In this document: piece after piece, positions 42,001-51,435 of the stretch
How positions within the stretch are numbered: position 1 is the stretch's first letter
How the letters are laid out: every line of letters begins with the position of its first letter
Source: an uncultured delta proteobacterium
Lineage (GTDB): Bacteria > Desulfobacterota > Binatia > Binatales > Binataceae
Assembly: GCA_963794325.1 (NCBI GenBank)
Contig: CAWCDG010000004.1
Coordinates: forward strand, 576,001-640,000
Length of the DNA stretch: 64,000 nucleotides
Reading direction: 5' to 3'
Notes under the pieces: generated by a model
The model's input: only the letters and a program-made list of their open reading frames with translations
Told to the model about the DNA's origin: nothing
Databases searched by the model: none
Program-made: the position numbers and the translations under genes

Positions 42001-42711
42001 TCAGGTTTTCTCGCGCAGGGCCCGCGCGCCGATTCGCGTTGCATACACGACGACCGCGACCGTCGCGACGAATCCGACTGCGGTGAACGCCCATCCGGCA
42101 GGCGTTCGATGGGCGCTGCCCCCGGCTGCGCGCGCGAGGTCGCCGCTAAGTGAGCCGATGTACACGTAGAGAATCGTCGCCGGAATCATTCCGATCCACG
42201 ACGCGAAAAAGTAGTCCCGCAGTGATACGCTGGTCAGCCCGTACGCGTAGTTGAGCAGGTTGAACGGAAACACCGGCGACAACCGCGTCAGGATGACTAT
42301 CTTCCACGCTTCCCTGCCGACTGCTTCGTCGATCGCCCTGAACTTCGCATTGCCCTCCAGTTTTTCACTGACCCAATCGCGCGCCAGGTAACGACCCACG
42401 AGAAACGCCGCCGTCGCCCCAAGCGTCGCGGCAATCGAAACGTAGATCGAGCCGCGCACCACGCCGAAAATCACGCCACCTCCGATCGTCATGATCGATC
42501 CGGGAATAAACGCCACGCACGCCACTATGTAAATCGCGATGAACGCGACCGGCGCCAGCGCGCCCAGCCCACGAATCCAATCGAGCGCATTGGTCAGCCA
42601 TGGCCCCGCTCCGACCCGATGCGCACCATAAAGGATCGCAATTACAGCCAGCACGAACAGCAAAATCTTCGGGCGAAAAATACCGGCGAGTCGGCTGGAC
42701 GCGGTGGTCAT
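42001..42711 (-). CDS. TVP38/TMEM64 (DedA superfamily) membrane protein
   Basis: LGATAAFLVGR, RLSPVFPFNLLNY. Confidence 0.92.
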   Translation of the reverse strand: MTTASSRLAGIFRPKILLFVLAVIAILYGAHRVGAGPWLTNALDWIRGLGALAPVAFIAIYIVACVAFIPGSIMTIGGGVIFGVVRGSIYVSIAATLGATAAFLVGRYLARDWVSEKLEGNAKFRAIDEAVGREAWKIVILTRLSPVFPFNLLNYAYGLTSVSLRDYFFASWIGMIPATILYVYIGSLSGDLARAAGGSAHRTPAGWAFTAVGFVATVAVVVYATRIGARALREKT

Positions 42712-42790
42712 CTTGAGGGTCCGGCGATTGCGAGCTTCGCGGGCGCGGACTGCTTATAATGCCATCGAGGATTGTGTAATCCTAATCCGC

Positions 42791-43288
42791 ATGCCGGTCC
42801 ACGAACACCAGAAACACGCGCGCAAAAATCTCAAAGTCGGCGTGATCACCGCCAGCGATTCGCGCACGCCCGAGACCGACGAGAGCGGCAAAGTCATCCA
42901 CACCTTGCTGCAGGACGCCGGGCATCGCGTCGATTACTACGAAATCCTGCCCGACGATCCCGAAAAAATCTCCGCCGCGCTCGCCACCAATCTGGAAAAT
43001 CTCGACGCGATTATCCTCAACGGCGGCACCGGCATCACTGCGCGCGACAATACTACCGAAGTCGTGAAATCATTGCTGGACAAGGAGCTCGAGGGCTTCG
43101 GCGAATTGTTCCGAATGCTTTCTTTCAATGAGATCGGCGCCGCCGCGATGATGAGCCGGGCGATCGCCGGCGTCCGTCATGGAAAATTCATCGCCGCGCT
43201 GCCCGGTTCGCCGGACGCATGCCGGCTCGCGATGGAGAAGCTGCTCATCCCGCAGCTCGGGCACATCACGTATCTGTTGCGCAAATGA
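42791..43288 (+). CDS. moaB: Molybdopterin adenylyltransferase MoaB/MogA family
   Basis: ITASD..D.SG, NGGTG...RD.T, GFGELFR, SRA, LPGS. Confidence 0.9.
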   Translation: MPVHEHQKHARKNLKVGVITASDSRTPETDESGKVIHTLLQDAGHRVDYYEILPDDPEKISAALATNLENLDAIILNGGTGITARDNTTEVVKSLLDKELEGFGELFRMLSFNEIGAAAMMSRAIAGVRHGKFIAALPGSPDACRLAMEKLLIPQLGHITYLLRK

Positions 43289-43986
43289 ATAAGTTCACGA
43301 TCAAACTCTTCGCGACCCTTCGCGAGCGCGCGCATACAGCGGAGCTGACGCGAGAATTCCCCGACGGCACCACAGTCGGGGACATCTGGCGGCAGATGGT
43401 CGTCGAATTTCCCGAGCTCGCCGGGCATCACGATTCAGTCGGCTTCGCCGTCAATCAGGAATATGTCGACAGCGGCTTCAAGCCGCGCAAGGGCGACGAG
43501 ATCGCATTCATCCCGCCGGTAAGCGGCGGCGCGGATACACTGGCATGCGTCGGCAAAATTACAATCGGACGCAACCGAATCGAGGTTGCCGCGCTTGAGC
43601 GCGAAGTCGCCGACCCTGCCGCAGGCGCGATCGTATCCTTCACCGGCACGACGCGCCGCGACAACGCAGGCCGCATCGTCATTCGCCTCGAGTACGAAGC
43701 CTACGAGCCGATGGCGCTATCCGAAATGCGCAAGCTGGCAATCGAAGCGGGCCAGCGATGGAAAATCACGCGCATCGCGATCGCTCATCGCATCGGCGTC
43801 GTCGAGATTGGCGAAACGTCGGTCGCGATCGCAGTCTCAGCGCCGCATCGAGCCGAGGCCTTCGAGGCCTGCCGCTACGCAATCGATCGCCTGAAAGAAA
43901 TCGTCCCCATTTGGAAAAAAGAACATTTCGAAGGCGGCGAAGTCTGGATCGGCTGCCAAACTTCGCATCCGCCAGCGCTTGAATAG
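43285..43986 (+). CDS. Fused molybdopterin synthase MoaD-MoaE (MoaX-like)
   Basis: KLFATLRE..AVNQEY..IPPVSGG then GAIVSF.G, LEYEAY, HRIG, PIWKKE. Confidence 0.92.
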   Translation: MNKFTIKLFATLRERAHTAELTREFPDGTTVGDIWRQMVVEFPELAGHHDSVGFAVNQEYVDSGFKPRKGDEIAFIPPVSGGADTLACVGKITIGRNRIEVAALEREVADPAAGAIVSFTGTTRRDNAGRIVIRLEYEAYEPMALSEMRKLAIEAGQRWKITRIAIAHRIGVVEIGETSVAIAVSAPHRAEAFEACRYAIDRLKEIVPIWKKEHFEGGEVWIGCQTSHPPALE

Positions 43987-44040
43987 GCTTTTCGGGACCC
44001 CTCATTGACCGGCCGGACAGTTACCAGTTACAAATGAAGC

Positions 44041-44982
44041 ATGGCGTTGGGCGTAACATCTGTTCAAAAAATCATCCTGGCTGAGCCGCGCGGTTTTTGT
44101 GCCGGCGTCGATCGTGCCGTCGAGGCCGTTCGCAGCGCGCTGCGCTCCTACGGACGCCCGCTCTACGTGCGCCACCAGATCGTGCACAACCGCTTTGTGC
44201 TCGAGGCGCTCGAGCGCGAAGGCGCGATTTTTGTCGAGAGCCTTGACGAAGTTCCGACCGGCCAGCGCGTCATCTTCAGCGCCCACGGCGTAGCGCCCAG
44301 CGAATGGGATCGCGCCAAGGATCGCCAACTGCGCGTCATCGATGCCACCTGCCCGCTCGTGACCAAGGTCCATCTCGAAGTTGAAAAGTACGATAACGAA
44401 GGCCGCACCGTTATCCTCATCGGCCACGCCGGCCACGAGGAAGTGAAAGGCACGCTCGGGGTCGCGCCCGGCAAAGTGGTGCTGGTCGGCAGCGTCGCCG
44501 AGGCTCGCACGGTCGCCGTCGAGAATCCGGATCGAATCGCCGCCGTCACCCAGACCACGCTCAGCGTTGACGACACTCGCGATATCATGGAGACGCTCAA
44601 GGAGCGTTTCCCCACGATGCAGGCGCCGAAGACCGACGACATCTGCTATGCGACCCAGAACCGCCAGAACGCGGTCAAGGAACTGGTGCAGGTCAGCGAT
44701 GCGGTGCTGGTGGTCGGCTCGAAGCAGAGCTCGAATGCGAACCGGCTGGTCGAGGTCGCGCGGATGCGCGGCGCGCGCGCGTTCCTGGTCGATTCGATCG
44801 CCGACGTCGAGCCCGCGATGCTCGAAGGTGTTCGCGCCCTCGGCCTGACCGCCAGCGCGTCGTCGCCCGAGTGGCTGGTCGAGGAAATTATCGGTGCGTT
44901 CGCCCGTTCAGGCGCCGAGGTCGAGCTGCTAAGCGTCGCCAAGGAGCGCGTGCACTTCCCACTCCCGATGCCGGCCGACTAA
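44041..44982 (+). CDS. ispH: 4-hydroxy-3-methylbut-2-enyl diphosphate reductase
   Basis: PRGFCAGV, IVHN, SAHG, DATCPLV, QTT, ICYATQNRQ, SSN. Confidence 0.96.
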   Translation: MALGVTSVQKIILAEPRGFCAGVDRAVEAVRSALRSYGRPLYVRHQIVHNRFVLEALEREGAIFVESLDEVPTGQRVIFSAHGVAPSEWDRAKDRQLRVIDATCPLVTKVHLEVEKYDNEGRTVILIGHAGHEEVKGTLGVAPGKVVLVGSVAEARTVAVENPDRIAAVTQTTLSVDDTRDIMETLKERFPTMQAPKTDDICYATQNRQNAVKELVQVSDAVLVVGSKQSSNANRLVEVARMRGARAFLVDSIADVEPAMLEGVRALGLTASASSPEWLVEEIIGAFARSGAEVELLSVAKERVHFPLPMPAD

Positions 44983-44997
44983 TTTTCTCTCCCACCC

Positions 44998-45044
44998 TCC
45001 TATCCGGTTCCCCTTCCCGCTCGGGAAGGGGTTAGGGGTTAGGT
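44998..45044. repeat. REP-like palindrome
   Basis: CCCCTTCCC-GCTC-GGGAAGGGG followed by TTAGGGGTTAGG in the intergenic gap. Confidence 0.6.
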
Positions 45045-45125
45045 TCCTCGCGTTTCGCCTTGACAATTCCGCGTCTTTGCTTGCAGACTCATCCCGATTT
45101 CGCCGAACCTTGAGAGGACACACTG

Positions 45126-45983
45126 ATGCGAACATCTATCGCGCGCGCGCTGATTCTGCCGGTCCTGCTGGCAATACCGTTGATCAGCGGATGCCAGTCC
45201 GAGGCGAAAAAGCATCTCTATAAGGCTGAGGATCTGTTCGAAAAGCGCGACCTCGACGGCGCCAAACGAGAACTCGAACTCTCGATAAAAGCCGACCCCA
45301 ACAACGTCGATGCGCATAAGTCGCTAGCGAACATAGATCACCTGCTCGGCGATGAAGAAGGCGCCGGCAAGGAATTTATGGCCGCCTCGACGCTCGATCC
45401 CACCGATCAGAAACTCCTCGATCAGGCGCGCCTCTACAAGACGCTCCAGGACATGGCCAATTCCTCAGGCCAGGCGCTCGACAAGATCAAAGCGGGCCAG
45501 GTCGAAGAGGGCGTCGCTCAGCTCAAGGACATCATCACCACCACCAGGATTCCGTCAGCCCGTGAAAAAGCGGTGAACGCGCTCTCCGACGCGGTCCCGA
45601 TTATCGAAAAAGTCGGCGACCAGCAGGTGGCCGATAAGAAATACACCGACGCGATCAACACTTACGAGCAAGGCATCCGCGCCTCGATGCTGCTGGCGAG
45701 GGCGCACAAGATGGACACGCTGGGGACCGAAGCGGACCCGATGATGCACAAGATCAACGATGCCGCCAAGGCCGCCGGTAAGCCTGACGCCACCTTCAAG
45801 CTGTTCAATGACGTGATCGCCGTTTATCCCGACGACAAGGTCGCCAACATGGAATTGGCGCAGGTCTATCTGAGTGAATCGCCGCCCAACTATGACAACG
45901 CGGCCGATCTCGAAGAGCGCGGCGGTGCGCCCGACGACCAGGTCCGCAAACTCCGCGACATGGCCAAGAAGCATCGCAAGTGA
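45126..45983 (+). CDS. TPR-containing lipoprotein
   Basis: Lipobox LISGC; DPNNVDAH..LA TPR-like repeats. Confidence 0.8.
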   Translation: MRTSIARALILPVLLAIPLISGCQSEAKKHLYKAEDLFEKRDLDGAKRELELSIKADPNNVDAHKSLANIDHLLGDEEGAGKEFMAASTLDPTDQKLLDQARLYKTLQDMANSSGQALDKIKAGQVEEGVAQLKDIITTTRIPSAREKAVNALSDAVPIIEKVGDQQVADKKYTDAINTYEQGIRASMLLARAHKMDTLGTEADPMMHKINDAAKAAGKPDATFKLFNDVIAVYPDDKVANMELAQVYLSESPPNYDNAADLEERGGAPDDQVRKLRDMAKKHRK

Positions 45984-46022
45984 TCGGCGTCGGCGATACA
46001 CGTTCGCGACTGCGATGAGCTA

Positions 46023-46679
46023 GTGCCAGAATCGGGCCCGATGCGCCGGCGCGGCTATATCGCGGTCGAAGGCCCCATCGGGGTTGGCAAAACGAGCCTG
46101 GCGCAGGCGCTCGCGCGCGAGCTCGGTGCGCGCCTGATGCTCGAGGACGCCGACAACAATCCGTTCCTGCCGCACTTCTACCAGGATCCCGACAAGTACG
46201 CGTTCCCCGCCCAACTGTATTTTCTGCTCACCCGCCACAACCAACAGCGCGAGCTGAAGCAGCAAGATCTCTTCACGCAAGCGACAGTCGCCGACTATCT
46301 GTTCGCCAAGGATAAAATTTTCGCCGCGATGAATCTGGCGCCAGACGAGCTCAAGCTCTACGACAACGTCTACAAGCTGCTCGACGCCGAAATGGCCAAA
46401 CCCGATCTCGTGGTCTACGTCCGCGCGACTATCGAGGTGCTGGCCGAGCGGTTGCGCAAGCGCAATCGCGACTTCGAACGCCATATCAGCTTCGATTACC
46501 TCGAGCGCGTATCATCAGCCTACCGCGATTTCTTTTTCTACTACGACGAAGCCCCACTGCTCGTCGTCGATACTTCAGACATCGACTTCGTCGCCAACCC
46601 CGAAGATCTGGGCCAACTAATCCGCGAAATCGACCGCACCGGCCCCGGCACCCAATACTTCGTCCCGCGCAAAACCTGA
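46023..46679 (+). CDS. Deoxynucleoside kinase
   Basis: IAVEGPIGVGKT P-loop, NPFLPHFY, QLYFLLTR, PDLVVY. Confidence 0.93.
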   Translation: MPESGPMRRRGYIAVEGPIGVGKTSLAQALARELGARLMLEDADNNPFLPHFYQDPDKYAFPAQLYFLLTRHNQQRELKQQDLFTQATVADYLFAKDKIFAAMNLAPDELKLYDNVYKLLDAEMAKPDLVVYVRATIEVLAERLRKRNRDFERHISFDYLERVSSAYRDFFFYYDEAPLLVVDTSDIDFVANPEDLGQLIREIDRTGPGTQYFVPRKT

Positions 46680-46703
46680 CCGCGGCTTGCGTAGTCCGAC
46701 AGC

Positions 46704-46720
46704 GCCAACTTGGCTATAAT
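46704..46720 (+). promoter_or_regulatory. -10 box with adjacent palindrome (candidate TA operator)
   Basis: GCCAA-C-TTGGC immediately followed by TATAAT, then AGGAG RBS. Confidence 0.5.
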
Positions 46721-46729
46721 CCAGGAGTC

Positions 46730-47041
46730 ATGAAAAAAGCCAAAATCGCGGAACTGCGCAACGGACTTTCGCGTTATCTGGATCATGTTCGCGAAGGCGG
46801 CTCCGTAATGGTGTACGACCGCGACACCCCAATCGCGCAGATTGTGCCCCTCACGCGGAGTAAGTCCAAAAGCAAGAAAGATCTCGATGAAGAGCGCCTC
46901 GCGCGCCTCGAAGCCAAGGGAGCTATTACGCGCGGAACAGGTGATTTGGCTGAATGGTTCAAGACCCACAAGCCGATTAAGATTCCTGGAGGCGCTGGTG
47001 TCTTGCAAGCATTGTTAGACGAGCGAGAAAGTGGCCGTTGA
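46730..47041 (+). CDS. Phd/YefM family antitoxin
   Basis: IAELRNGLSRYLDHV..G..V.VYDR..PIAQIVP. Confidence 0.9.
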   Translation: MKKAKIAELRNGLSRYLDHVREGGSVMVYDRDTPIAQIVPLTRSKSKSKKDLDEERLARLEAKGAITRGTGDLAEWFKTHKPIKIPGGAGVLQALLDERESGR

Positions 47042-47466
47042 GATTCTGGGACTCCTCGGCGCTGGTCCCGATATTCGTCGAAGAGGCATCGACTGCAGAA
47101 GTTGAGAGTTGGCAAGCCGCCGATCCTGGCATCACAACCTGGATGATGACGCGGGTCGAAGTACTCGCAGCTATCGCGCGAAAGAAACGTGAGCGGCCAG
47201 AAATGGTGGCTTTATGGAACCGCGCGATCCGAGAGGTGCATGAAGTTGCTTCGAGATGGATTGAAATCTCAGACGCTGCTACCACCCGTCTTCACGCTGA
47301 GCGCCTCGTCGTGGACTATCCACTGCGAACTGCCGACGCCCTCCAACTCGGTGCTGCACTCGTAGCCGCGGATGGCGAACCACAATCACTGGAACTAGTC
47401 ACGCTCGATCGCAGACTCGCTGAAGCGGCACGGCGCGAGGGCTTTCCCGTCCTCGGGGTGCCATAA
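47038..47466 (+). CDS. vapC: VapC/PIN domain toxin
   Basis: FWDSSALV, LRTADALQLGAA, TLDRRL; 4-nt overlap with the antitoxin. Confidence 0.9.
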   Translation: MRFWDSSALVPIFVEEASTAEVESWQAADPGITTWMMTRVEVLAAIARKKRERPEMVALWNRAIREVHEVASRWIEISDAATTRLHAERLVVDYPLRTADALQLGAALVAADGEPQSLELVTLDRRLAEAARREGFPVLGVP

Positions 47467-47469
47467 CTC

Positions 47470-48489
47470 TTACGCAGGGGTGCTCGCCGCATCCGCTCTA
47501 AGCGCGGTCAGTTCGCGGCTGGCGCGCGGCAGGAATACCAGCCCGATCAGCGCGTTGCACAGCATGAACGTGAGTTGTGCCGCCAGGCTGTAGGCGACAA
47601 TCTTTGCGGGCGACGCGTTGGTCGAGAAGAACAGCAGCCACGCCGCCTGGCTGGTGCCGAGATGGGCTACCGAAATAGGCAGCGCGGCGGCCAGAAAGAC
47701 CAGCGGCAGAAATAGCATCAGCTTCACGAACGGGATCGCGATTCCGTACAGCGCCAGCGCGTAGTATTGCGCCACGACCGAGGCGAGAAACGTCGGCGCC
47801 TTGATCGCCAGCACAACGAGGTAGTCGAGCGGACGCGCCTGGATGAACGTCGCGAGGATTGCGCCGGCTCGTCCGGTCTCAACCCAGTTGCGAATACGCG
47901 CGCTACTGCGGGCAATCGCGAAGAAAATCATGATGCCTGCGAGCAGTGCCCACGCCGCGATGTACACCACCCGAAGAATCGCGACGATCCTTGTCTGCGC
48001 GTCGCCGACTGGTGTGTAGAAGATCACGCCGAGCGTCGAGAACAGAAAGAGCTGGTAGATTTCGAGCATCGCGATGAACAGCACCGAGCTGAGTGCGCTC
48101 AGGAAGCTGACTCCGGCTTTGCGATGCAGGTAATACGCGACGCCGCCCTGCGCGAGGCTGGTGTTGATGAGCGCCAACACATACATGCTCGCGCGAATCG
48201 GCAGGATGTCGCTGTACCGCATCCGCGCGTTAAAGCGCCGCACAACCCAGGTGAGGCACGCCGAATCGATCGCGCAATAGAACAGCGAGTACGGCATGAA
48301 GACCGCGAGGAAATCGAGAATCGGCACTTGAGACAATGCCTGCTCGACTTTGTGGATCGGTATCTTCAAGAAGATCAGCGCAAAGATCGCGACGGTGCCG
48401 AGATACGGAATCGCCTTGCGCCAGAGCGGCGTGACGCGCGCGGCGGCGATCTCGCTGCCCTGCGTATCGCGTATCGGCCCGGCGCTCAT
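47470..48489 (-). CDS. Lysylphosphatidylglycerol synthase TM-domain (flippase-like) protein
   Basis: About 8 TM segments; LPISVAHLG motif. Confidence 0.75.
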   Translation of the reverse strand: MSAGPIRDTQGSEIAAARVTPLWRKAIPYLGTVAIFALIFLKIPIHKVEQALSQVPILDFLAVFMPYSLFYCAIDSACLTWVVRRFNARMRYSDILPIRASMYVLALINTSLAQGGVAYYLHRKAGVSFLSALSSVLFIAMLEIYQLFLFSTLGVIFYTPVGDAQTRIVAILRVVYIAAWALLAGIMIFFAIARSSARIRNWVETGRAGAILATFIQARPLDYLVVLAIKAPTFLASVVAQYYALALYGIAIPFVKLMLFLPLVFLAAALPISVAHLGTSQAAWLLFFSTNASPAKIVAYSLAAQLTFMLCNALIGLVFLPRASRELTALRADAASTPA

Positions 48490-48923
48490 GCGTCCTTCAT
48501 CCTCACCGCGGCGGTGCCTATCAGCACTTGCTCGCCGCGCTGGTTGTCGACGTGAATCTGCAGCTCGGTGCGATTCGCATCGTTATCGATTGAGATGATC
48601 TTCGCATACGAGGTCAACGTGTCGCCGAAGATCACCGGCCTGGTGAGCGACACTTCGATACGTCCGCCCCGAACGAAGCGCATCCCGAAGTTGTCGGCGA
48701 GGAATTGCGCGACTATCGCGATAGTCTGCTCGCCGCCGGCGATCGGCGCGACGAACCCTGCCTTGCGCGCCGCGTCCTTATCGTCGTGGATACCGCTAGG
48801 CGGGCGACGCCGCGGAGGCTGCTCGATTCCGTCGTGATACGCTTTCGCCGCGGCCGCATCGAGCAGGTACGGCGCCGAGACCAGCTCCGCGCCGATTCGA
48901 ATCTCAATGGGCGCCGCACTCAT
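48486..48923 (-). CDS. MaoC-like hotdog-fold protein
   Basis: IHDD..AR.AGF..PIAGG, RPV..GDTL, NQRGE. Confidence 0.85.
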   Translation of the reverse strand: MSAAPIEIRIGAELVSAPYLLDAAAAKAYHDGIEQPPRRRPPSGIHDDKDAARKAGFVAPIAGGEQTIAIVAQFLADNFGMRFVRGGRIEVSLTRPVIFGDTLTSYAKIISIDNDANRTELQIHVDNQRGEQVLIGTAAVRMKDA

Positions 48924-49370
48924 TGCATCTCTCCACTCTCGTTCAGCAGCACCGAGGTGATTGCTTGACGCACCAGAAGCTGGCCGGTCAACGCGTCACG
49001 CGATTCGTACTCGAGCGTGAAATAAAACTTGCCGCGCTTGCGATAGGTCGCGGTGATCGTGCCCTCGACTTTGACCGCCTGCCCGACGCGCATCGGCTCG
49101 TGAAACTCGCACCAGTGCTTGGCGTGGACGCCACCTTTGCCGCCTTTCAGCCGAGTCGCGATGAGCAGGGCGTAATCCTGCAAGCGCATCGTAGGCGACA
49201 CGATTGCGTTGGGGTTCTGCGCCGCGGTGATTGACGTCGGGATTCGCGGCCCTGACCGCCGCCGAAAATGCTCGCGCGCGCTCCGCCGTGATGACGTAAT
49301 GAAGCGGCCCAAAGCGCATCCCCTCGTGGAGATTCTCGGGACACATTGGGAGTCGGTGGTCTTCGCTCAT
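48920..49370 (-). pseudogene. MaoC-like hotdog-fold partner protein, frameshifted near 49240
   Basis: N-terminus (LHEGMRFGPLHY) and C-terminus (GVHAKH..EFHEP.RVG..Y.KRGK) are in different frames; dropping one C of CCC joins them. Confidence 0.75.
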
Positions 49371-49429
49371 CGTACCGATTGAACGACTCTAGCAGGCGTG
49401 CAAGATTCGGCGAACCGTCTTTCAGTTAA

Positions 49430-50110
49430 ATGGCAACCAACAAAGTCGATTATGCGCGCAAGGCGCGGATGCATCTGAGCAAGGCCGACCCAATCCTCGC
49501 GCGGATTATTGCCGAGGTCGGCGCGCTTGGAATCCAGCCGCGACGCGAACGTTTCCAAGCGCTCGCGCGAGCGATCATTTTCCAGCAGCTGGCCGGCGCG
49601 GCGGCCAACGCTATCTACGGACGTTTCGTCGGGTTGTTTCCCAACGTGGAGTTCCCGTCACCGGAACAAGTGTTGGCCAAAACCGACGCTGAGCTTCGCG
49701 CGGTCGGACTCTCGGAGAAGAAGGCGCTCTACATCAAAGACCTCGCCGCGCATATTCGAGACCGCAAACTCGATTTCCATAAGTTCCATAGGATGACCGA
49801 CGAGGAGATCATCGAGCATCTCATTATGGTCAAGGGAATCGGCAGATGGACCGCCGAGATGTTCCTGATGTTCAACCTCGGCCGGCCCGACGTGATGCCG
49901 GCCGGCGACCTCGGCGTCCAGAACGCAATCAAGCGCCATTACAAGATGCGCCAACGGCCCAATCGTAAGCGATTGCTGAAGCACGCCGAGCGATGGCGTC
50001 CGTACCGAACAGCCGCCGCATGGTACCTGTGGCGCAGCCTCGACATCGTGCTGCCTGATGGCGGAGCAAAGCCGCCGGCCAGGAAGGTCGCAAAGCGCAA
50101 GACGCGGTAG
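49430..50110 (+). CDS. DNA-3-methyladenine glycosylase II (AlkA family)
   Basis: IIFQQL, KGIGRWTAEM, D..P.GDLG, WRPYR. Confidence 0.93.
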   Translation: MATNKVDYARKARMHLSKADPILARIIAEVGALGIQPRRERFQALARAIIFQQLAGAAANAIYGRFVGLFPNVEFPSPEQVLAKTDAELRAVGLSEKKALYIKDLAAHIRDRKLDFHKFHRMTDEEIIEHLIMVKGIGRWTAEMFLMFNLGRPDVMPAGDLGVQNAIKRHYKMRQRPNRKRLLKHAERWRPYRTAAAWYLWRSLDIVLPDGGAKPPARKVAKRKTR

Positions 50111-50128
50111 ATTCAGCTCAGAGTATTC

Positions 50129-50536
50129 TCATTGGTTAGGTAGCTTCGAGGATTTGGGCAGGGCCGGGTTCATGTAGTCCCATGGCTGGGCGCTCGCGGT
50201 GTAGATGTCATGGCTGGGACGAAACGCACTCGGATCGTCCAGGCTGCCGACTCGGATCGAGACAAACTCAGCGCCCGATCCGAAGAGCGTTGAACCGCAG
50301 TCGGCGCAAAAGGTCCGCCGGGTGATACGCCCGCTATCCGCGGTTAGATCGAAGTACTTTGGACTCCCCTGGGTCACCCGAAAGGTTGCAGTAGGAACAC
50401 CAAGAACTGGGGCGTAAGCGCTCCCGGTTTCACGCTGACAATCGCGACAGTGACAATTCATTGAGTAGAGCGGTTCCCCTTCAGCGCTGTAACGAATCGC
50501 ACCACAGGCGCAACCACCAATAAGCAGAGCGGACAT
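50129..50536 (-). CDS. GFA family protein
   Basis: GGCACGAIRY, CHCRDCQR, FCADCGS. Confidence 0.92.
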   Translation of the reverse strand: MSALLIGGCACGAIRYSAEGEPLYSMNCHCRDCQRETGSAYAPVLGVPTATFRVTQGSPKYFDLTADSGRITRRTFCADCGSTLFGSGAEFVSIRVGSLDDPSAFRPSHDIYTASAQPWDYMNPALPKSSKLPNQ

Positions 50537-50594
50537 ATCGATACTCCTTTATCCCCTTTCACCGGAATCGGCATTTCGCGTCATTGGTATTTCT

Positions 50595-51113
50595 TTATTT
50601 CGTCAGCTTTTTCAGATCCTTCAGCAACAGGAAAAGGTGAAGCGGGTCTGTCGGGCTCGGCTCGAAATCAAATTGCTCGTACCAGCGGCGCGCATTGTCG
50701 TCCTTTGCGTGCACCACCAGCGCTCGAATACCCGCGATATCCGCAGCCTGCGCCGTTCGCAACAAGGCATCTTTGAGAAGGGCTTTCCCGATACCCGATC
50801 CCTGGTCCGAACGGTCAACCGCAAGTCTTGCGAGAATCATCACCGGAACCGGATGCCGTGCGTTTCCTTTGATGACGCGCGACGGAGAATCTTCGCGCTG
50901 CACGGACCCCACCGCGAGGCTGTAGTAGCCGACGACCCGCCTGGCGCGGCATGCGACGTAGGTCTGCGCTGTATTGGCAGCTTGGTTCGCAAGCGCGAAT
51001 CGCTTCAGGAATCGGTTAAGGTCGTCCTGCCCGCAGTCGAATGGATCGGTTACATCGTCGGTACCGAGCTTATGAACCAGTGAGAACGCCTCTGTCGAGG
51101 CAGCCGCACTCAC
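50595..51113 (-). CDS. GNAT family acetyltransferase toxin (TacT/AtaT-like)
   Basis: FDCG..LN.FL, VVGYYSL, ILARLAVD..QGSGIG, VHAK. Confidence 0.92.
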   Translation of the reverse strand: MSAAASTEAFSLVHKLGTDDVTDPFDCGQDDLNRFLKRFALANQAANTAQTYVACRARRVVGYYSLAVGSVQREDSPSRVIKGNARHPVPVMILARLAVDRSDQGSGIGKALLKDALLRTAQAADIAGIRALVVHAKDDNARRWYEQFDFEPSPTDPLHLFLLLKDLKKLTK

Positions 51114-51385
51114 TCAAGGACGCTCCGCTCTGCGAGCAGACGGGCCAGCTTTCGCTTGATACGGGGAGGCCGGTCCAGGATTTTCAGAAACTCGTCCCAT
51201 CGTCTTTTGTCCAATACGAAGGAGCGCCGGTCTTCAAGCGTCTCGGCCGCCGCGATCAGCCCGGCATCCAACAAAAACTGGCTGACGGTCTTGTTAACCT
51301 GGCGCGCGGCCATTTGAAGCGTATTCTTGGCAGATGGAGTCACCCGCACATCAACTCGTTGAGTTCTCGAAACCGATGCTGGCAT
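51110..51385 (-). CDS. DUF1778 ribbon-helix-helix antitoxin
   Basis: RVDVRV..K..LQ.AA..KTVSQFLL, W..F...LD.PP; overlaps toxin start. Confidence 0.92.
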   Translation of the reverse strand: MPASVSRTQRVDVRVTPSAKNTLQMAARQVNKTVSQFLLDAGLIAAAETLEDRRSFVLDKRRWDEFLKILDRPPRIKRKLARLLAERSVLE

Positions 51386-51415
51386 TAGAAGGTGTCTCCT
51401 TCTCTGTTTGTATCA

Positions 51416-51434
51416 TCCGGACATTGTCCGGACA
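51416..51434. promoter_or_regulatory. Palindromic operator upstream of the DUF1778-GNAT module
   Basis: TCCGGACA-T-TGTCCGGA perfect 8-1-8 inverted repeat about 30 bp before the antitoxin ATG. Confidence 0.65.
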
Positions 51435-51435
51435 A

